Positions 38,088 to 47,330 of a stretch of 64,000 nt of DNA are shown here, piece by piece. Numbering within the stretch: the first letter of the stretch is position 1; each line of letters starts with the position of its first letter. The position numbers and the translations under genes are program-made. Source of the stretch: an uncultured Alphaproteobacteria bacterium (lineage in GTDB: Bacteria; Pseudomonadota; Alphaproteobacteria; Rhizobiales; Afifellaceae); NCBI GenBank assembly GCA_963814905.1, contig CAWFEM010000008.1:141282-205281 (forward strand). The letters run 5' to 3'. The notes beneath the pieces are model-generated. The model did no database searches, was not told the DNA's origin, and saw nothing but the letters and a program-made list of their open reading frames with translations.

Positions 38088-39041
38088 ATGACCGATCTTG
38101 CGCCGGCCACGCGGCCAACTCTCTACTTCATCGGCGTCACCACGACGCAAAGCTCGATCATGAAGGTCTTTCCCGCCTGGGCGGAGCACCTCGGGCTCAA
38201 GGATGCCGCGATCAAGGGGATCGATTTCCCGCTGCGCGCCGACCCGCAGGCCTATCGTGCCGCCGTGAGCTTCATCAAGGACGACCCGCTCTCGCTCGGC
38301 GCACTCGTCACCACGCACAAGATCGACCTCTTCAAGGCCTGCCGCGACCTTTTCGACGAGATCGGCCCCCATGCCCGCGTGATGGAGGAGACGAGCTGTC
38401 TCTCGAAGCAGGGCGGAAAATTCGTCTGTCACGCCAAGGATCCGATCTCCTCCGGCCTGGCTTTGAAGGGCTTCCTGCCGAGGAACCATTTCGCCGAGAC
38501 GCGCGCGGAGCTCTTTGCGATCGGGGCGGGCGGCTCGACGATCGCCATCACCTGGTATCTGTCGCAGCCGGAGCTGGGCGCCGACCGGCCCTCCCGCATC
38601 GTCGTCTCCGACCGCAATTCCGAGCGTCTGCAGGAGGTCGCGCGCATCCACCGCGAGTTCGGCATGGCCATCCCGGTCGACTACGTGATCGCTTCCGATC
38701 TGGCGGAGAACGACGCGGTCCTGGCGGGCCTGAAGCCCGGCTCGCTGGTCGTCAACGCGACCGGGCTCGGCAAGGACGCGCCCGGCTCGCCGCTTTCCGA
38801 CGCCGCGGGCTTCCCCGAAGGCGGCATCGCCTGGGACCTCAACTATCGCGGTGACCTGGTTTTCCTCGATCAGGCGCGGGCGCAAGAGAAGGAGCGCAAT
38901 CTCCAGGTCGAGAACGGCTGGACCTATTTCATCCACGGCTGGACGCAGGTGATCGGCGAGGTCTTTCACGTCGCCATCCCGACCGGTGGCCCTGGCTTCG
39001 ATGCGATCGCGGCGATCGCCGCCAAGGCGACGAGCGGGTGA
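38088..39041 (+). CDS. Shikimate dehydrogenase-like (AroE-family) protein of unknown substrate
   Basis: Trimmed to ATG 38088, giving 317 aa. AroE-like blocks are LYFIGVTTTQSSIMKVFPAWAEHLGL, GALVTTHKIDL, CHAKDPISSGLAL and a Rossmann motif FAIGAGGSTIAI. It diverges from canonical AroE motifs. Confidence 0.6.
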   Translation: MTDLAPATRPTLYFIGVTTTQSSIMKVFPAWAEHLGLKDAAIKGIDFPLRADPQAYRAAVSFIKDDPLSLGALVTTHKIDLFKACRDLFDEIGPHARVMEETSCLSKQGGKFVCHAKDPISSGLALKGFLPRNHFAETRAELFAIGAGGSTIAITWYLSQPELGADRPSRIVVSDRNSERLQEVARIHREFGMAIPVDYVIASDLAENDAVLAGLKPGSLVVNATGLGKDAPGSPLSDAAGFPEGGIAWDLNYRGDLVFLDQARAQEKERNLQVENGWTYFIHGWTQVIGEVFHVAIPTGGPGFDAIAAIAAKATSG

Positions 39042-39045
39042 TCCG

Positions 39046-39330
39046 ATGCCGGGACGGATCCTCGTCACGCCCCGCTCGTTGACGGCATCGCCGCATCCGC
39101 GCGTCGAGAAGCTGCGCGAGCTGGGTTTCGAGAACGTCTATTCGGCACCGGGGCGACAGCCGGACGAAGCCGAGTTGCTGCGGGAGCCGCGCACGCTTGC
39201 TCTTGTCGGACACCCGCGCGTCATTGCGACGAGCCATGTCGGCGCCTTCACCGAGGAGAGCGTCGAGCGCGCGACCGAGATGGCGGTAGCAAATCTTCTC
39301 GATGCGCTCGCGTCGGGAGGCGTCGCATGA
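39046..39330 (+). pseudogene. D-2-hydroxyacid dehydrogenase with an in-frame deletion, lacking the NAD-binding domain (94 codons)
   Basis: MPGRILVTPRSLTASPHPRVEKLRELGFENVYSAPGRQPDEAELLRE resembles the N-terminus of the 2-HADH substrate domain. It is joined directly to ..HPRVIATSHVGAFTEESVERATEMAVANLLDAL, the family C-terminus with the catalytic-His context. The GxGxxG NAD domain is missing. Confidence 0.5.
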
Positions 39331-39430
39331 ACGCCCGCGCCCGCACTTCGCGCGGAGCGCCGGATCGCCTGGTCCGATCCGGCGCCTGTGGAGTCTCCGC
39401 TCGCGGTAAGCTAGGTTCAGCCGGCTAGGA

Positions 39431-40324
39431 ATGCATTCCATGCTGCTCACCGATCAACCGATCGCGCCTACCGCCGGCCAGAACATCCTGGAGGTGGTGA
39501 GAACGGCGTACGCGCGGCTGCGCAAGTCGGAGCGCAAGGTGGCCGACCTTGTGCTCGAGCATCCGCGCAAGGTGCTTGGCGCGACGGTCGCGGAGACGGC
39601 GGAGCTCGCTGACGTCAGCCAGCCGACCGTGATCCGCTTTTGCACCGCGCTCGGCTGCGTGGGCTTCCAGGATTTCAAGCTGCGGCTCGCGCACAGTCTG
39701 GCGCTCGGGACGCCCGCGACGCATTCCGTCCTGTCGGAGGACGACGCCGCCTCGACGGTGGCTGAGAAGATCTTCGACTATACGATCTCGAGCCTCGACT
39801 GGGCCAGGCATCACCTCGACAGGGAAGCGGTGGAGACGGCCGTCACGTTTTTGGAGAAGGCGCGCTCCATCGAGTTCTTCGGCTTCGGCGCCTCCGGCAT
39901 CGTGGCGAGCGACGCGCAGCAGAAGTTCCCGCTCTTCGGGGTTCCCTGCGGCGCCCAGCTCGACTCGCACCAGCAGATCATGGCCGCGACGATGATGGGG
40001 CCGAGCGACGTCGCCGTCGTCATCTCCAATACCGGCCGCACGCGCTCGATCCTCAACGTCGCGCGCACCGCGCGGGAGAACGGCGCCAAGGTCGTCGGCA
40101 TCACCGGCTCGCGCTCGCCGCTCGTCGACGAGTGCGACGTCGCGCTGATCGTCGAGACGCTGGACAACACCAACGTCTATACGCCGACGATCTCGCGCAT
40201 CGCCGCGCTCGTCGTGATCGACATTCTCTCCACCGCGGTGGCGCTGAGGCGCAATGACGAGCGCCTGCGGCGCTTCCAGACGATGAAGCAGCGTCTTGCC
40301 GAGTTGCGCACGATCGAGGAGTGA
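39431..40324 (+). CDS. MurR/RpiR family transcriptional regulator (HTH_6 + SIS domain; HexR-like)
   Basis: 297 aa. The HTH block is LRKSERKVADLVLEHPRKVLGATVAETAELADVSQPTVIRFCTALGCVGFQDFKLRLA. The SIS domain block is IEFFGFGASGIVASDAQQKF.... Confidence 0.9.
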   Translation: MHSMLLTDQPIAPTAGQNILEVVRTAYARLRKSERKVADLVLEHPRKVLGATVAETAELADVSQPTVIRFCTALGCVGFQDFKLRLAHSLALGTPATHSVLSEDDAASTVAEKIFDYTISSLDWARHHLDREAVETAVTFLEKARSIEFFGFGASGIVASDAQQKFPLFGVPCGAQLDSHQQIMAATMMGPSDVAVVISNTGRTRSILNVARTARENGAKVVGITGSRSPLVDECDVALIVETLDNTNVYTPTISRIAALVVIDILSTAVALRRNDERLRRFQTMKQRLAELRTIEE

Positions 40325-40337
40325 TCGGGCGCGGCTC

Positions 40338-42710
40338 CTAGTCGTCGACCGCGACGTGAAAATCCTCGCCCACCCACGCTTGCGTATCGCGCCAGCGGAA
40401 GGTGAAATCGACACGGCGCACATTCTCCAAGCCGGACAGGCTGACCTCGAAAGCGTGTGAGCCGAGCCCGGCCTCTTTCGTTTCGCCGTCGCTGACGTTC
40501 TGCCACCCGTCGACGCCCCAATGGACGCGCGCGGGGCGCGGGAGCGCGATCACCAGCGTTCCGCCGCGCTCGGTCCGTGCGATTTGCGCGTGCGGACACC
40601 AGATCGCGTATCTGATCGTCGGGCGCCGGCCGCCATAGCGGCGCCAGACCGCCGGCGGCCGGTCGAACGGATATCCGAGATGGCGCGAGACCATGAGCTT
40701 GATGAACTCCGCGTGCGCCCAGGCGAGCGGCATCGCCGATCCGGTCGGCTTGCCCGGAAATAGCCCCTGCGCGCGCAGCGCCTCGGCGTCCCACACCTGC
40801 TCGGGCATCATCCCGCCAGCTCCGGTCATCGACGCCATGGTGCGGAGATAGGGTGCCGGATCGTTGCCCGCGACCAGCTCATAGTGGCCGCGCTCGCCGG
40901 CAAGAAGCGGCCATCCGCGCCCGCGCCCCGTGCCGTCGAAGGGACCGCCATCGTCGTGCTCGCCGTAGCCGTCGCCGTTGTAGCGGTGCCAGACCGGGCC
41001 CTTCGGCGTGTCGGTCTTCAGGATCGCATCCACCACCTTCACGCTGTCGCGGATCAGCGCGTCCGTCGGGGCGCGAAGCCCGAAGCGCACGAGCTGAAGA
41101 AAGTCGACGCCGACCTCCTCGTCGTAGGTGATGTGACTCGCTTCGCGAAGGTTGCGGATGTCGAACCGGCCCTTGACGGCCGTCGGATCGTGCAGCACCT
41201 CCGGCGGCGCGATGCGGATATAATAGCCCTCTACGCCGACGGTCCTGGCGAGGGTCGTACCTTCGACCGCGGTCCATGCCTCGATGTTGGCGTTCCAGAA
41301 GTCGGCGAGGGCAAGCGCGGAGGTTCGCGACGGCTCCGGGAGGAACTCCGCACCGGCGACGAGAGCGGCGATGCTTGCGGCAAGCGTGAAGCCGTTGACC
41401 CCGGCATTCTCCTCCCATCGGTCCTGGCTGCTCGACGGACCAGTGCGGGCGATATAGGAAAGCGCCTTCAGCACCATGTCGTGCACGTCCGTTCCGTGCA
41501 GCGCCTGGCGGTCGGCGAGCGCTGCGGCGAGCAGCACCGGAAACGCCGTCTCGTCGAGCTGCATGCCCTGCCAATAGGCGGTGCCGCCGAGCCATTGGTT
41601 CTGGTACCAGCTGCCGTCCGGCTTCTGCGTGGCGATCAGGTAGCGCAGCGTCTCGCGCGCCTCGTGCTCCGCGCCGAGCGCGAGCAGCCCGGTGGCGCAC
41701 TCGACCAGGTCACGCGGCCAAACCAGATGATAGCCGCCGAGGTTGTCGCCGCTGTTGCCCCACGGCACGCTCAGGCTGGCGACCATGGCGCCCGGATAGG
41801 TCTTGTCGCGATGCGTGCGCAGCACCATCGAGGAGAGCTGCAACTGGTCGGCCAGCTCCATCGACGGCTCATCCGGCAGCATCGAGCGCTTCTTGCGGCG
41901 CTCGTGCCATCGCCGCCAGTCGGCGACCTGTTGCTGCACGAGGTTGTCGAAGGGCTGCATGAGGCTTGAGAGTGTAAGCGTCGCGGCGGCCTGGATGGTG
42001 TCGCCGAAGCCCAAGGCGAGGACGGCGTTGCGGGCAAGTGCCCCGACGAGGGCGACGTTGCCCGGCCCGGCGGAGGCATATTGCCAGGTCAGCGCGCCGT
42101 TGCGGTGAAAGTCCTGCCAACCGTCGGTCTCGCCGACATAGCCTGCGCCAAGCGCGCCGAATGCCTCGCGCTGGTTGTCGTCGACGGCCGCGACCGCCAG
42201 TGCAAAGGGGCCTTGCTCGGCGGTGAGCAGCCGGCGCCCGCTTTGGCGGCGGATGGTGGCGAGGTTATGCGTGCCGTCGGTGCCGAGCCGCGGCGCGAGA
42301 AGCACATAGGGCTTGAGCTCCGCATCGCCCGCGAGGTCGACCTCGATCGCCAGCACGTCACGATCCGGATCGGGGGTGACGCGCAGCGTGAGCGTGAAGC
42401 GCGCATGCGTGTGCACGATCTCGACCGCCGGCGTGCCCGGCGCCAGGAGACGCAAGGTGTAGTTCTGCAGCCGCTTGACCTCGACCCAGAAGCCGTGGCC
42501 GTCGCCGACGATGAAGCCGAGATCGCGGATCTGCGGAAGGTCGACGCGTGGGTAGTAGACCTCGTTCAGTATGCCGTAGCCGAGCGTGAACCAGACGCGC
42601 GAACGGCCGAGCGCGCAGCCGACGACGTCCTTGGCGCTGCTCGTCCAGGTCGGAGCGATGCCGGGGCCGCCGGGTGCTGAGCCGCGGGATACCTCGATCG
42701 GCTCAAGCAT
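40338..42710 (-). CDS. Bacterial glucoamylase / glucan 1,4-alpha-glucosidase (GH15 with N-terminal beta-sandwich)
   Basis: 790 aa. GH15-typical blocks are YHLVWPRDL and QDRWEENAGVNGFTLA (general-acid region). The N-terminal domain ..TWTSSAKD..FTLGYGILNEVYYPRVD.. is also present. The ATG overlaps the ppgK stop by 8 nt. Confidence 0.85.
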   Translation of the reverse strand: MLEPIEVSRGSAPGGPGIAPTWTSSAKDVVGCALGRSRVWFTLGYGILNEVYYPRVDLPQIRDLGFIVGDGHGFWVEVKRLQNYTLRLLAPGTPAVEIVHTHARFTLTLRVTPDPDRDVLAIEVDLAGDAELKPYVLLAPRLGTDGTHNLATIRRQSGRRLLTAEQGPFALAVAAVDDNQREAFGALGAGYVGETDGWQDFHRNGALTWQYASAGPGNVALVGALARNAVLALGFGDTIQAAATLTLSSLMQPFDNLVQQQVADWRRWHERRKKRSMLPDEPSMELADQLQLSSMVLRTHRDKTYPGAMVASLSVPWGNSGDNLGGYHLVWPRDLVECATGLLALGAEHEARETLRYLIATQKPDGSWYQNQWLGGTAYWQGMQLDETAFPVLLAAALADRQALHGTDVHDMVLKALSYIARTGPSSSQDRWEENAGVNGFTLAASIAALVAGAEFLPEPSRTSALALADFWNANIEAWTAVEGTTLARTVGVEGYYIRIAPPEVLHDPTAVKGRFDIRNLREASHITYDEEVGVDFLQLVRFGLRAPTDALIRDSVKVVDAILKTDTPKGPVWHRYNGDGYGEHDDGGPFDGTGRGRGWPLLAGERGHYELVAGNDPAPYLRTMASMTGAGGMMPEQVWDAEALRAQGLFPGKPTGSAMPLAWAHAEFIKLMVSRHLGYPFDRPPAVWRRYGGRRPTIRYAIWCPHAQIARTERGGTLVIALPRPARVHWGVDGWQNVSDGETKEAGLGSHAFEVSLSGLENVRRVDFTFRWRDTQAWVGEDFHVAVDD

Positions 42711-43437
42711 GGGGCTTACGCTCGTCCCAGAGCCGAAATCCTCCGATGAAGGCGTTTTCGTTGTCGCCGAGCCGCGCGTGCGGCGGCAGCGTTTTCAACT
42801 TCGTCGCGTTGCCGCCGCCCAGAACGACATAATCGGGCTCAAGCGCGGCCGTAAGATGCTCGACCGCGGAGGCGACGACGTGGCGCCACCTCTTGAGCCC
42901 CATCCGTTTAAGGCCGTCGCGGCCGAGATATTGCTCGAACGTCTTTCCGTGCCGATAGCCGAGATGCGCCAATTCCATCGGTTGCACCGCGCCGTCGACA
43001 ATCATGGCCGCGCCCAGACCTGTTCCGAGGCCTAGGAACAGCATGCGCCCGCCTGAATAGCTGCCGAGCGCCTGCATGACGGCGTCGTTGACGATCTTGA
43101 TCGGTCGGGCGAACGCGGCGTGAAAATCGAACCCGACCCAGCCGCTGCCGAGATTGTGCGGCTCGGCGATGGGCCGATTGTGAATGACCGGCCCGGGATA
43201 TCCCATCGACACGACATCGTAGTCCCAGTCCTTCGTCAGCTCCAGGACCTGGGCCGCCATTTCCCGAGCGCTGAGATCAGGGCCGGACTCGAACGCGCGC
43301 CTCTCCGATTTTGAGTTCAGCAGAACTTTGACATGCGTTCCGCCGACGTCGATCGCAAGAATCTTGCGGCGCTTTCCACGCTGACCGGATCGGGGCGGTT
43401 TTACGGGCGTCGCAGCTTTTCCACGCTTATTGCTCAT
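42703..43437 (-). CDS. ppgK: ROK-family polyphosphate/ATP glucokinase (PpgK-like)
   Basis: Trimmed to ATG 43437, giving 244 aa. Blocks [39 protein letters not shown] and ELAHLGY are present. The start overlaps the zwf 3' end by 11 nt. Confidence 0.8.
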   Translation of the reverse strand: MSNKRGKAATPVKPPRSGQRGKRRKILAIDVGGTHVKVLLNSKSERRAFESGPDLSAREMAAQVLELTKDWDYDVVSMGYPGPVIHNRPIAEPHNLGSGWVGFDFHAAFARPIKIVNDAVMQALGSYSGGRMLFLGLGTGLGAAMIVDGAVQPMELAHLGYRHGKTFEQYLGRDGLKRMGLKRWRHVVASAVEHLTAALEPDYVVLGGGNATKLKTLPPHARLGDNENAFIGGFRLWDERKPHA

Positions 43438-44830
43438 GATTCGATCCGCCGGCGACGCTCGGCTCGCGCCAGCCGCCGGCGCCTTTCGCGATTTCAGCTG
43501 CCTCGGCCGGCCCCATGGATCCGCGATCGTATTCGTGCAGCGGCGTCTTGTTGCCGAGGATAGGGTCGACGATGCGCCATTGCGCTTCGGCGCTGTCCTG
43601 TCGCGCGAACAGCGTCGCGTCTCCGAGCATCGCATCGCCGATGAGCCGCTCGTAGGCGCTCATCTCGTCGCCGCTGCTGTGCATCACCTTGAGTTCGGCC
43701 TGCTCGCCGGTCATCGCCTCGCCGGGCTTCTTGGTTCGCGCGCCGAGGGCGATCACCACGTCGGGACTGAGGCGGAAGCGGAGATAGTTCGGCCGCCGCG
43801 GTCGGCTCGTGCCGAAAACGATCTTCGGCGGATAGTCGAAATCGACCACCACTTCGGTTGCCGTAACCGACAGACACTTGCCCGCCCGCACCAGGAACGG
43901 CACGCCCTGCCACCTCCAGGAATCGATGTGCAGGCGCAGGGCAGCGAACGTCTCGACCTCGGAGTCCGGCGCTACACCCGGCTCGCTTCGGTAGCCGTTG
44001 AATTGGCCGCGGACGAGCTCCGCCGGGTCGAGCGGCCGCACGGAGTTGAACAGCTTGATCTTCTCGTCACGCACAAAGTTGGCGTCGTCGCTGACCGGAC
44101 ACTCCATCGCCAGAATAGCGACGATCTGCAGAAGATGGTTCTGGATGACATCGCGAAGGGCGCCGACCTCCTCGTAGAAGCGGCCGCGGCCGGCGACGCC
44201 GAAACTTTCGGCCATCGTGATCTGGACGCTGCGCACATAGTTGCGGTTCCAGATCGGCTCCAGAAACGCGTTGGCGAAGCGGAAATAGAGAAGGTTTTGG
44301 ACCGGCTCCTTGCCGAGGAAGTGGTCGATCCTGAAAATAGCGTTTTCCGCCAGAACCTTGTGCAGCGTCTGATCGAGAGCCACCGCCGATTGGAGATCCC
44401 GCCCGAAGGGCTTTTCGATGACGACGCGAGCGCCCTCGACACCGCCGGAACTGGCCAGGCCATCGACGACGTCGGGAAACATGCTCGGCGGGATGGCGAG
44501 GTAGTAGAGCGGCCGCTGGCAACCGCTTAGCGCCGAACGCAATTGCCGGAATGTCTCGGCATCTCGGTAGTCGCCATCGATGTAGCGCAAGAGTCCGGCG
44601 AGCCGCGCGAAGACGTCCGCATCGAAGTCGGGCGCTTCTTTCACGGCGTCTCGCGCGTGCGCCTTCAGGTCGTCGAGTGTCCAGCCGGATTTCGCCACGC
44701 CGACAACCGGGACGTGGAGCTTGCCGCGCCGGCACATCGCGTAAAGGGCGGGAAGAATCTTCTTGTGCGCGAGATCGCCGCTCGCGCCGAACAGGACCAA
44801 TGCGTCCGAGGGTGCGGCGGTCGTCGTCAC
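43427..44830 (-). CDS. zwf: Glucose-6-phosphate 1-dehydrogenase
   Basis: 467 aa. It carries the coenzyme loop [20 protein letters not shown] and the active-site block [11 protein letters not shown]. The GTG start lies 1 nt after the gnd stop. Confidence 0.93.
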   Translation of the reverse strand: MTTTAAPSDALVLFGASGDLAHKKILPALYAMCRRGKLHVPVVGVAKSGWTLDDLKAHARDAVKEAPDFDADVFARLAGLLRYIDGDYRDAETFRQLRSALSGCQRPLYYLAIPPSMFPDVVDGLASSGGVEGARVVIEKPFGRDLQSAVALDQTLHKVLAENAIFRIDHFLGKEPVQNLLYFRFANAFLEPIWNRNYVRSVQITMAESFGVAGRGRFYEEVGALRDVIQNHLLQIVAILAMECPVSDDANFVRDEKIKLFNSVRPLDPAELVRGQFNGYRSEPGVAPDSEVETFAALRLHIDSWRWQGVPFLVRAGKCLSVTATEVVVDFDYPPKIVFGTSRPRRPNYLRFRLSPDVVIALGARTKKPGEAMTGEQAELKVMHSSGDEMSAYERLIGDAMLGDATLFARQDSAEAQWRIVDPILGNKTPLHEYDRGSMGPAEAAEIAKGAGGWREPSVAGGSNHEQ

Positions 44831-44831
44831 G

Positions 44832-45851
44832 CTATTTGTCCGCGGGTTTCTCGACGTGGCCGCCGAACTCGTCGCGCATCGCGGAGAGCATCTTGTCGGC
44901 GAAATCGGCGGCGCCGCGCGAAGCGAAGCGCTCGAAGAGCGCCGTGCTCAACACCGGTACCGGCACACCTTCGTCGATCGCCGCCTTCACCGTCCAGCGC
45001 CCCTCTCCGGAATCGGAAACCCGTCCCTTGAAGGCCGAGAGTTCGGGGTCGTTCAGAAGCGCCTCCGCCGTCAGGTCGAGAAGCCAGGAGGAGATGACGC
45101 TGCCGCGGCGCCACACCTCGGCGACCTCCGCGACATCGATTTCGTAGCGGTAGGCCTCCGGATCGGCGAGAGGCGCGGTCTCCGCGTCGGCGACGCCCGT
45201 CTTCGCGCCGACATTGGCGTGGCGCAGCACGTTGAGACCTTCGGCGTAGGCGGCCATGAGGCCGTATTCGATCCCGTTATGGACCATCTTGACGAAGTGG
45301 CCGGCGCCGCTCGGGCCGCAATGCAGATAGCCGTGCTCGGCCGTCGTGGCGCGGTCCGCGCGTCCAGGGATGCGCGGCGCGGAATCGATCGCGGGCGCGA
45401 GCGTGGCGAAGATCGGATCGAGCCGCCTGACCGGCTCGTCTTCCCCGCCGATCATTTGACAGTAGCCGCGCTCCAGGCCCCAGACGCCGCCGCTGGTGCC
45501 GACATCGAGATAGTGGATGCGCTTTTGCTGAAGCGCCTTCGCGCGGGCGATGTCGTCGCGGTAGTAGGAATTGCCGCCGTCGATCAGCACGTCATCCGCC
45601 GCGAGAAGACCGGTCAATTGGCCGATCGTGTCGTCGACGATAGCCGCCGGTAGCATCATCCAGACGGCGCGCGGGGCTTTCAGCTTGGCGACGAGATCGG
45701 CCATCGAATCCGCGCCGACGGCGCCTTCACCGGCGAGCGCCGCCACCGATTGCGGCCTGATGTCGAAGACGACGCACTCATGCCCGCCGCGCATGAGCCG
45801 GCGCGCAATGTTGGCGCCCATCCGTCCGAGCCCGATAATGCCTAGCTGCAT
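44832..45851 (-). CDS. gnd: 6-phosphogluconate dehydrogenase, short (about 340 aa) decarboxylating form
   Basis: Trimmed to ATG 45851. [19 protein letters not shown] is the Rossmann motif, followed by GGNSYY and [13 protein letters not shown]. Confidence 0.9.
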   Translation of the reverse strand: MQLGIIGLGRMGANIARRLMRGGHECVVFDIRPQSVAALAGEGAVGADSMADLVAKLKAPRAVWMMLPAAIVDDTIGQLTGLLAADDVLIDGGNSYYRDDIARAKALQQKRIHYLDVGTSGGVWGLERGYCQMIGGEDEPVRRLDPIFATLAPAIDSAPRIPGRADRATTAEHGYLHCGPSGAGHFVKMVHNGIEYGLMAAYAEGLNVLRHANVGAKTGVADAETAPLADPEAYRYEIDVAEVAEVWRRGSVISSWLLDLTAEALLNDPELSAFKGRVSDSGEGRWTVKAAIDEGVPVPVLSTALFERFASRGAADFADKMLSAMRDEFGGHVEKPADK

Positions 45852-46003
45852 GGTCGCTCCAAATTCCGGCGGGCCAGCGGCCGAGCCGCTCAAAGGAGGA
45901 AATAGAGCATTGCCCGCGATGTCGCTACCCGTCAGCGAATACGTTTAAGAAAGCCTCGACGCCCGGCGTATTTCCGAAGCGATGCAGCTTTATTCGGGCG
46001 AGC

Positions 46004-47230
46004 TCATCGCAGCCGTGCGGACGCGTTCGCGCGCGCCCGATCGTTCGCGGCCCCAAGCAGCGCGGCGGCGAGGCCGACCAGTGCGACCAGAGCGCCCGCG
46101 AGCGGCACGGCCGGCAGGCTGAAGCCTTGATCGATGATAACGCCGCCGAGAAAAGCGCCCCCGGCGTTGCCGAGGTTGAAGGCCCCGATATTCAAAGTCG
46201 ACGCGAGGTTCGGCGCGTGGCTCGCCTTGTCCACGACGCGCGACTGAAGGCCGGGCACGACACCGAAGGCGGCCATCGCCCAGATGAAGATGACGATCAG
46301 CGTGGCGACCTTGCTATGGGCGACGAGCGAGACCGCGGCCAGCGAGACGACGAGCACGGCGAGCATCGTGATCATCGCGCGCATCGCGCCGCGGTCGGAA
46401 AACTTGCCGCCGAGGGTGATTCCGATCGTCAGCGCGATCCCGATCATGAACAGGATCAGCGTGACGTTGGAGGGCGTGAAGCCGGTCACCGTCTGGAGCA
46501 GCGGCACGATATAGGTGAAGAGCGTGAAGGTGCTGGCGGAGGCGATGATCGTCGTGGCGATCGCCAGCAGCACGTCCCCTTGGCGGAGGACCGAGAGCTC
46601 GCGGCGCATGCCTTCTGAGCGCCGCGCGGCGATCTCGGGCACGAGCCAGTAGACGGGGACGAGGGCGACCAGGCCGAGCACTGTGATCACCCCGAATGTT
46701 GCCCGCCAGCCGAACGTCTGTCCGACCAGGGTTCCGAGCGGCACGCCGAGGATATTGGCGAGCGTCAGACCGAGGAACATCAGGCCGATCGCGCTAGCCT
46801 GGCGGTTCACGGGCACCATGCCGGCCGCGACCACCGCGCCGACGCCGAAGAGCGTCCCGTGCGCGAAGGCTGCAAGCACGCGCGCAACGACCAGGAGCCA
46901 GTAGCTCGGCGATAAGGCAGAGATGAAATTGCCGACGATGAACACGCCGACCATCATGATGAGCACGCGCTTGCGCGGCTGGTTGGCGGTCAGCGCGGCG
47001 AGGATCGGTGCCCCGATCACGACGCCGAGGGCATAGGCGGTGACGAGCTGCCCGGCGAGCGGGATTGAGACGGAAAGATCGCGGGCGATATCCGGCAAAA
47101 GCCCCATCACCACAAATTCGGCGGTACCGATGCAAAAGGCGCACATGGTGAGCGCAAGCACTGGGATCGGAATCCCGCGCCACATCGCGATCGGCGGGGT
47201 CTCCGCGCCAAGCTCTCGTTCCGCTGTCAT
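46004..47230 (-). CDS. MFS transporter (DHA1/sugar-efflux-like, 12 TM)
   Basis: 408 aa hydrophobic protein. It has an MFS-like loop motif ..LTANQPRKRVL.. after TM2 and 12 predicted TM segments by eye. Confidence 0.85.
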   Translation of the reverse strand: MTAERELGAETPPIAMWRGIPIPVLALTMCAFCIGTAEFVVMGLLPDIARDLSVSIPLAGQLVTAYALGVVIGAPILAALTANQPRKRVLIMMVGVFIVGNFISALSPSYWLLVVARVLAAFAHGTLFGVGAVVAAGMVPVNRQASAIGLMFLGLTLANILGVPLGTLVGQTFGWRATFGVITVLGLVALVPVYWLVPEIAARRSEGMRRELSVLRQGDVLLAIATTIIASASTFTLFTYIVPLLQTVTGFTPSNVTLILFMIGIALTIGITLGGKFSDRGAMRAMITMLAVLVVSLAAVSLVAHSKVATLIVIFIWAMAAFGVVPGLQSRVVDKASHAPNLASTLNIGAFNLGNAGGAFLGGVIIDQGFSLPAVPLAGALVALVGLAAALLGAANDRARANASARLR

Positions 47231-47330
47231 CCTGTGTCTTTCGTCGCTGCGACCGACCGGCGGTCGAGGGAATGGGAGGAGCCGAGGTCGGAACGTTCCG
47301 GCCTGAAGGCGCTTTCCGGTGCCGCGAGGG

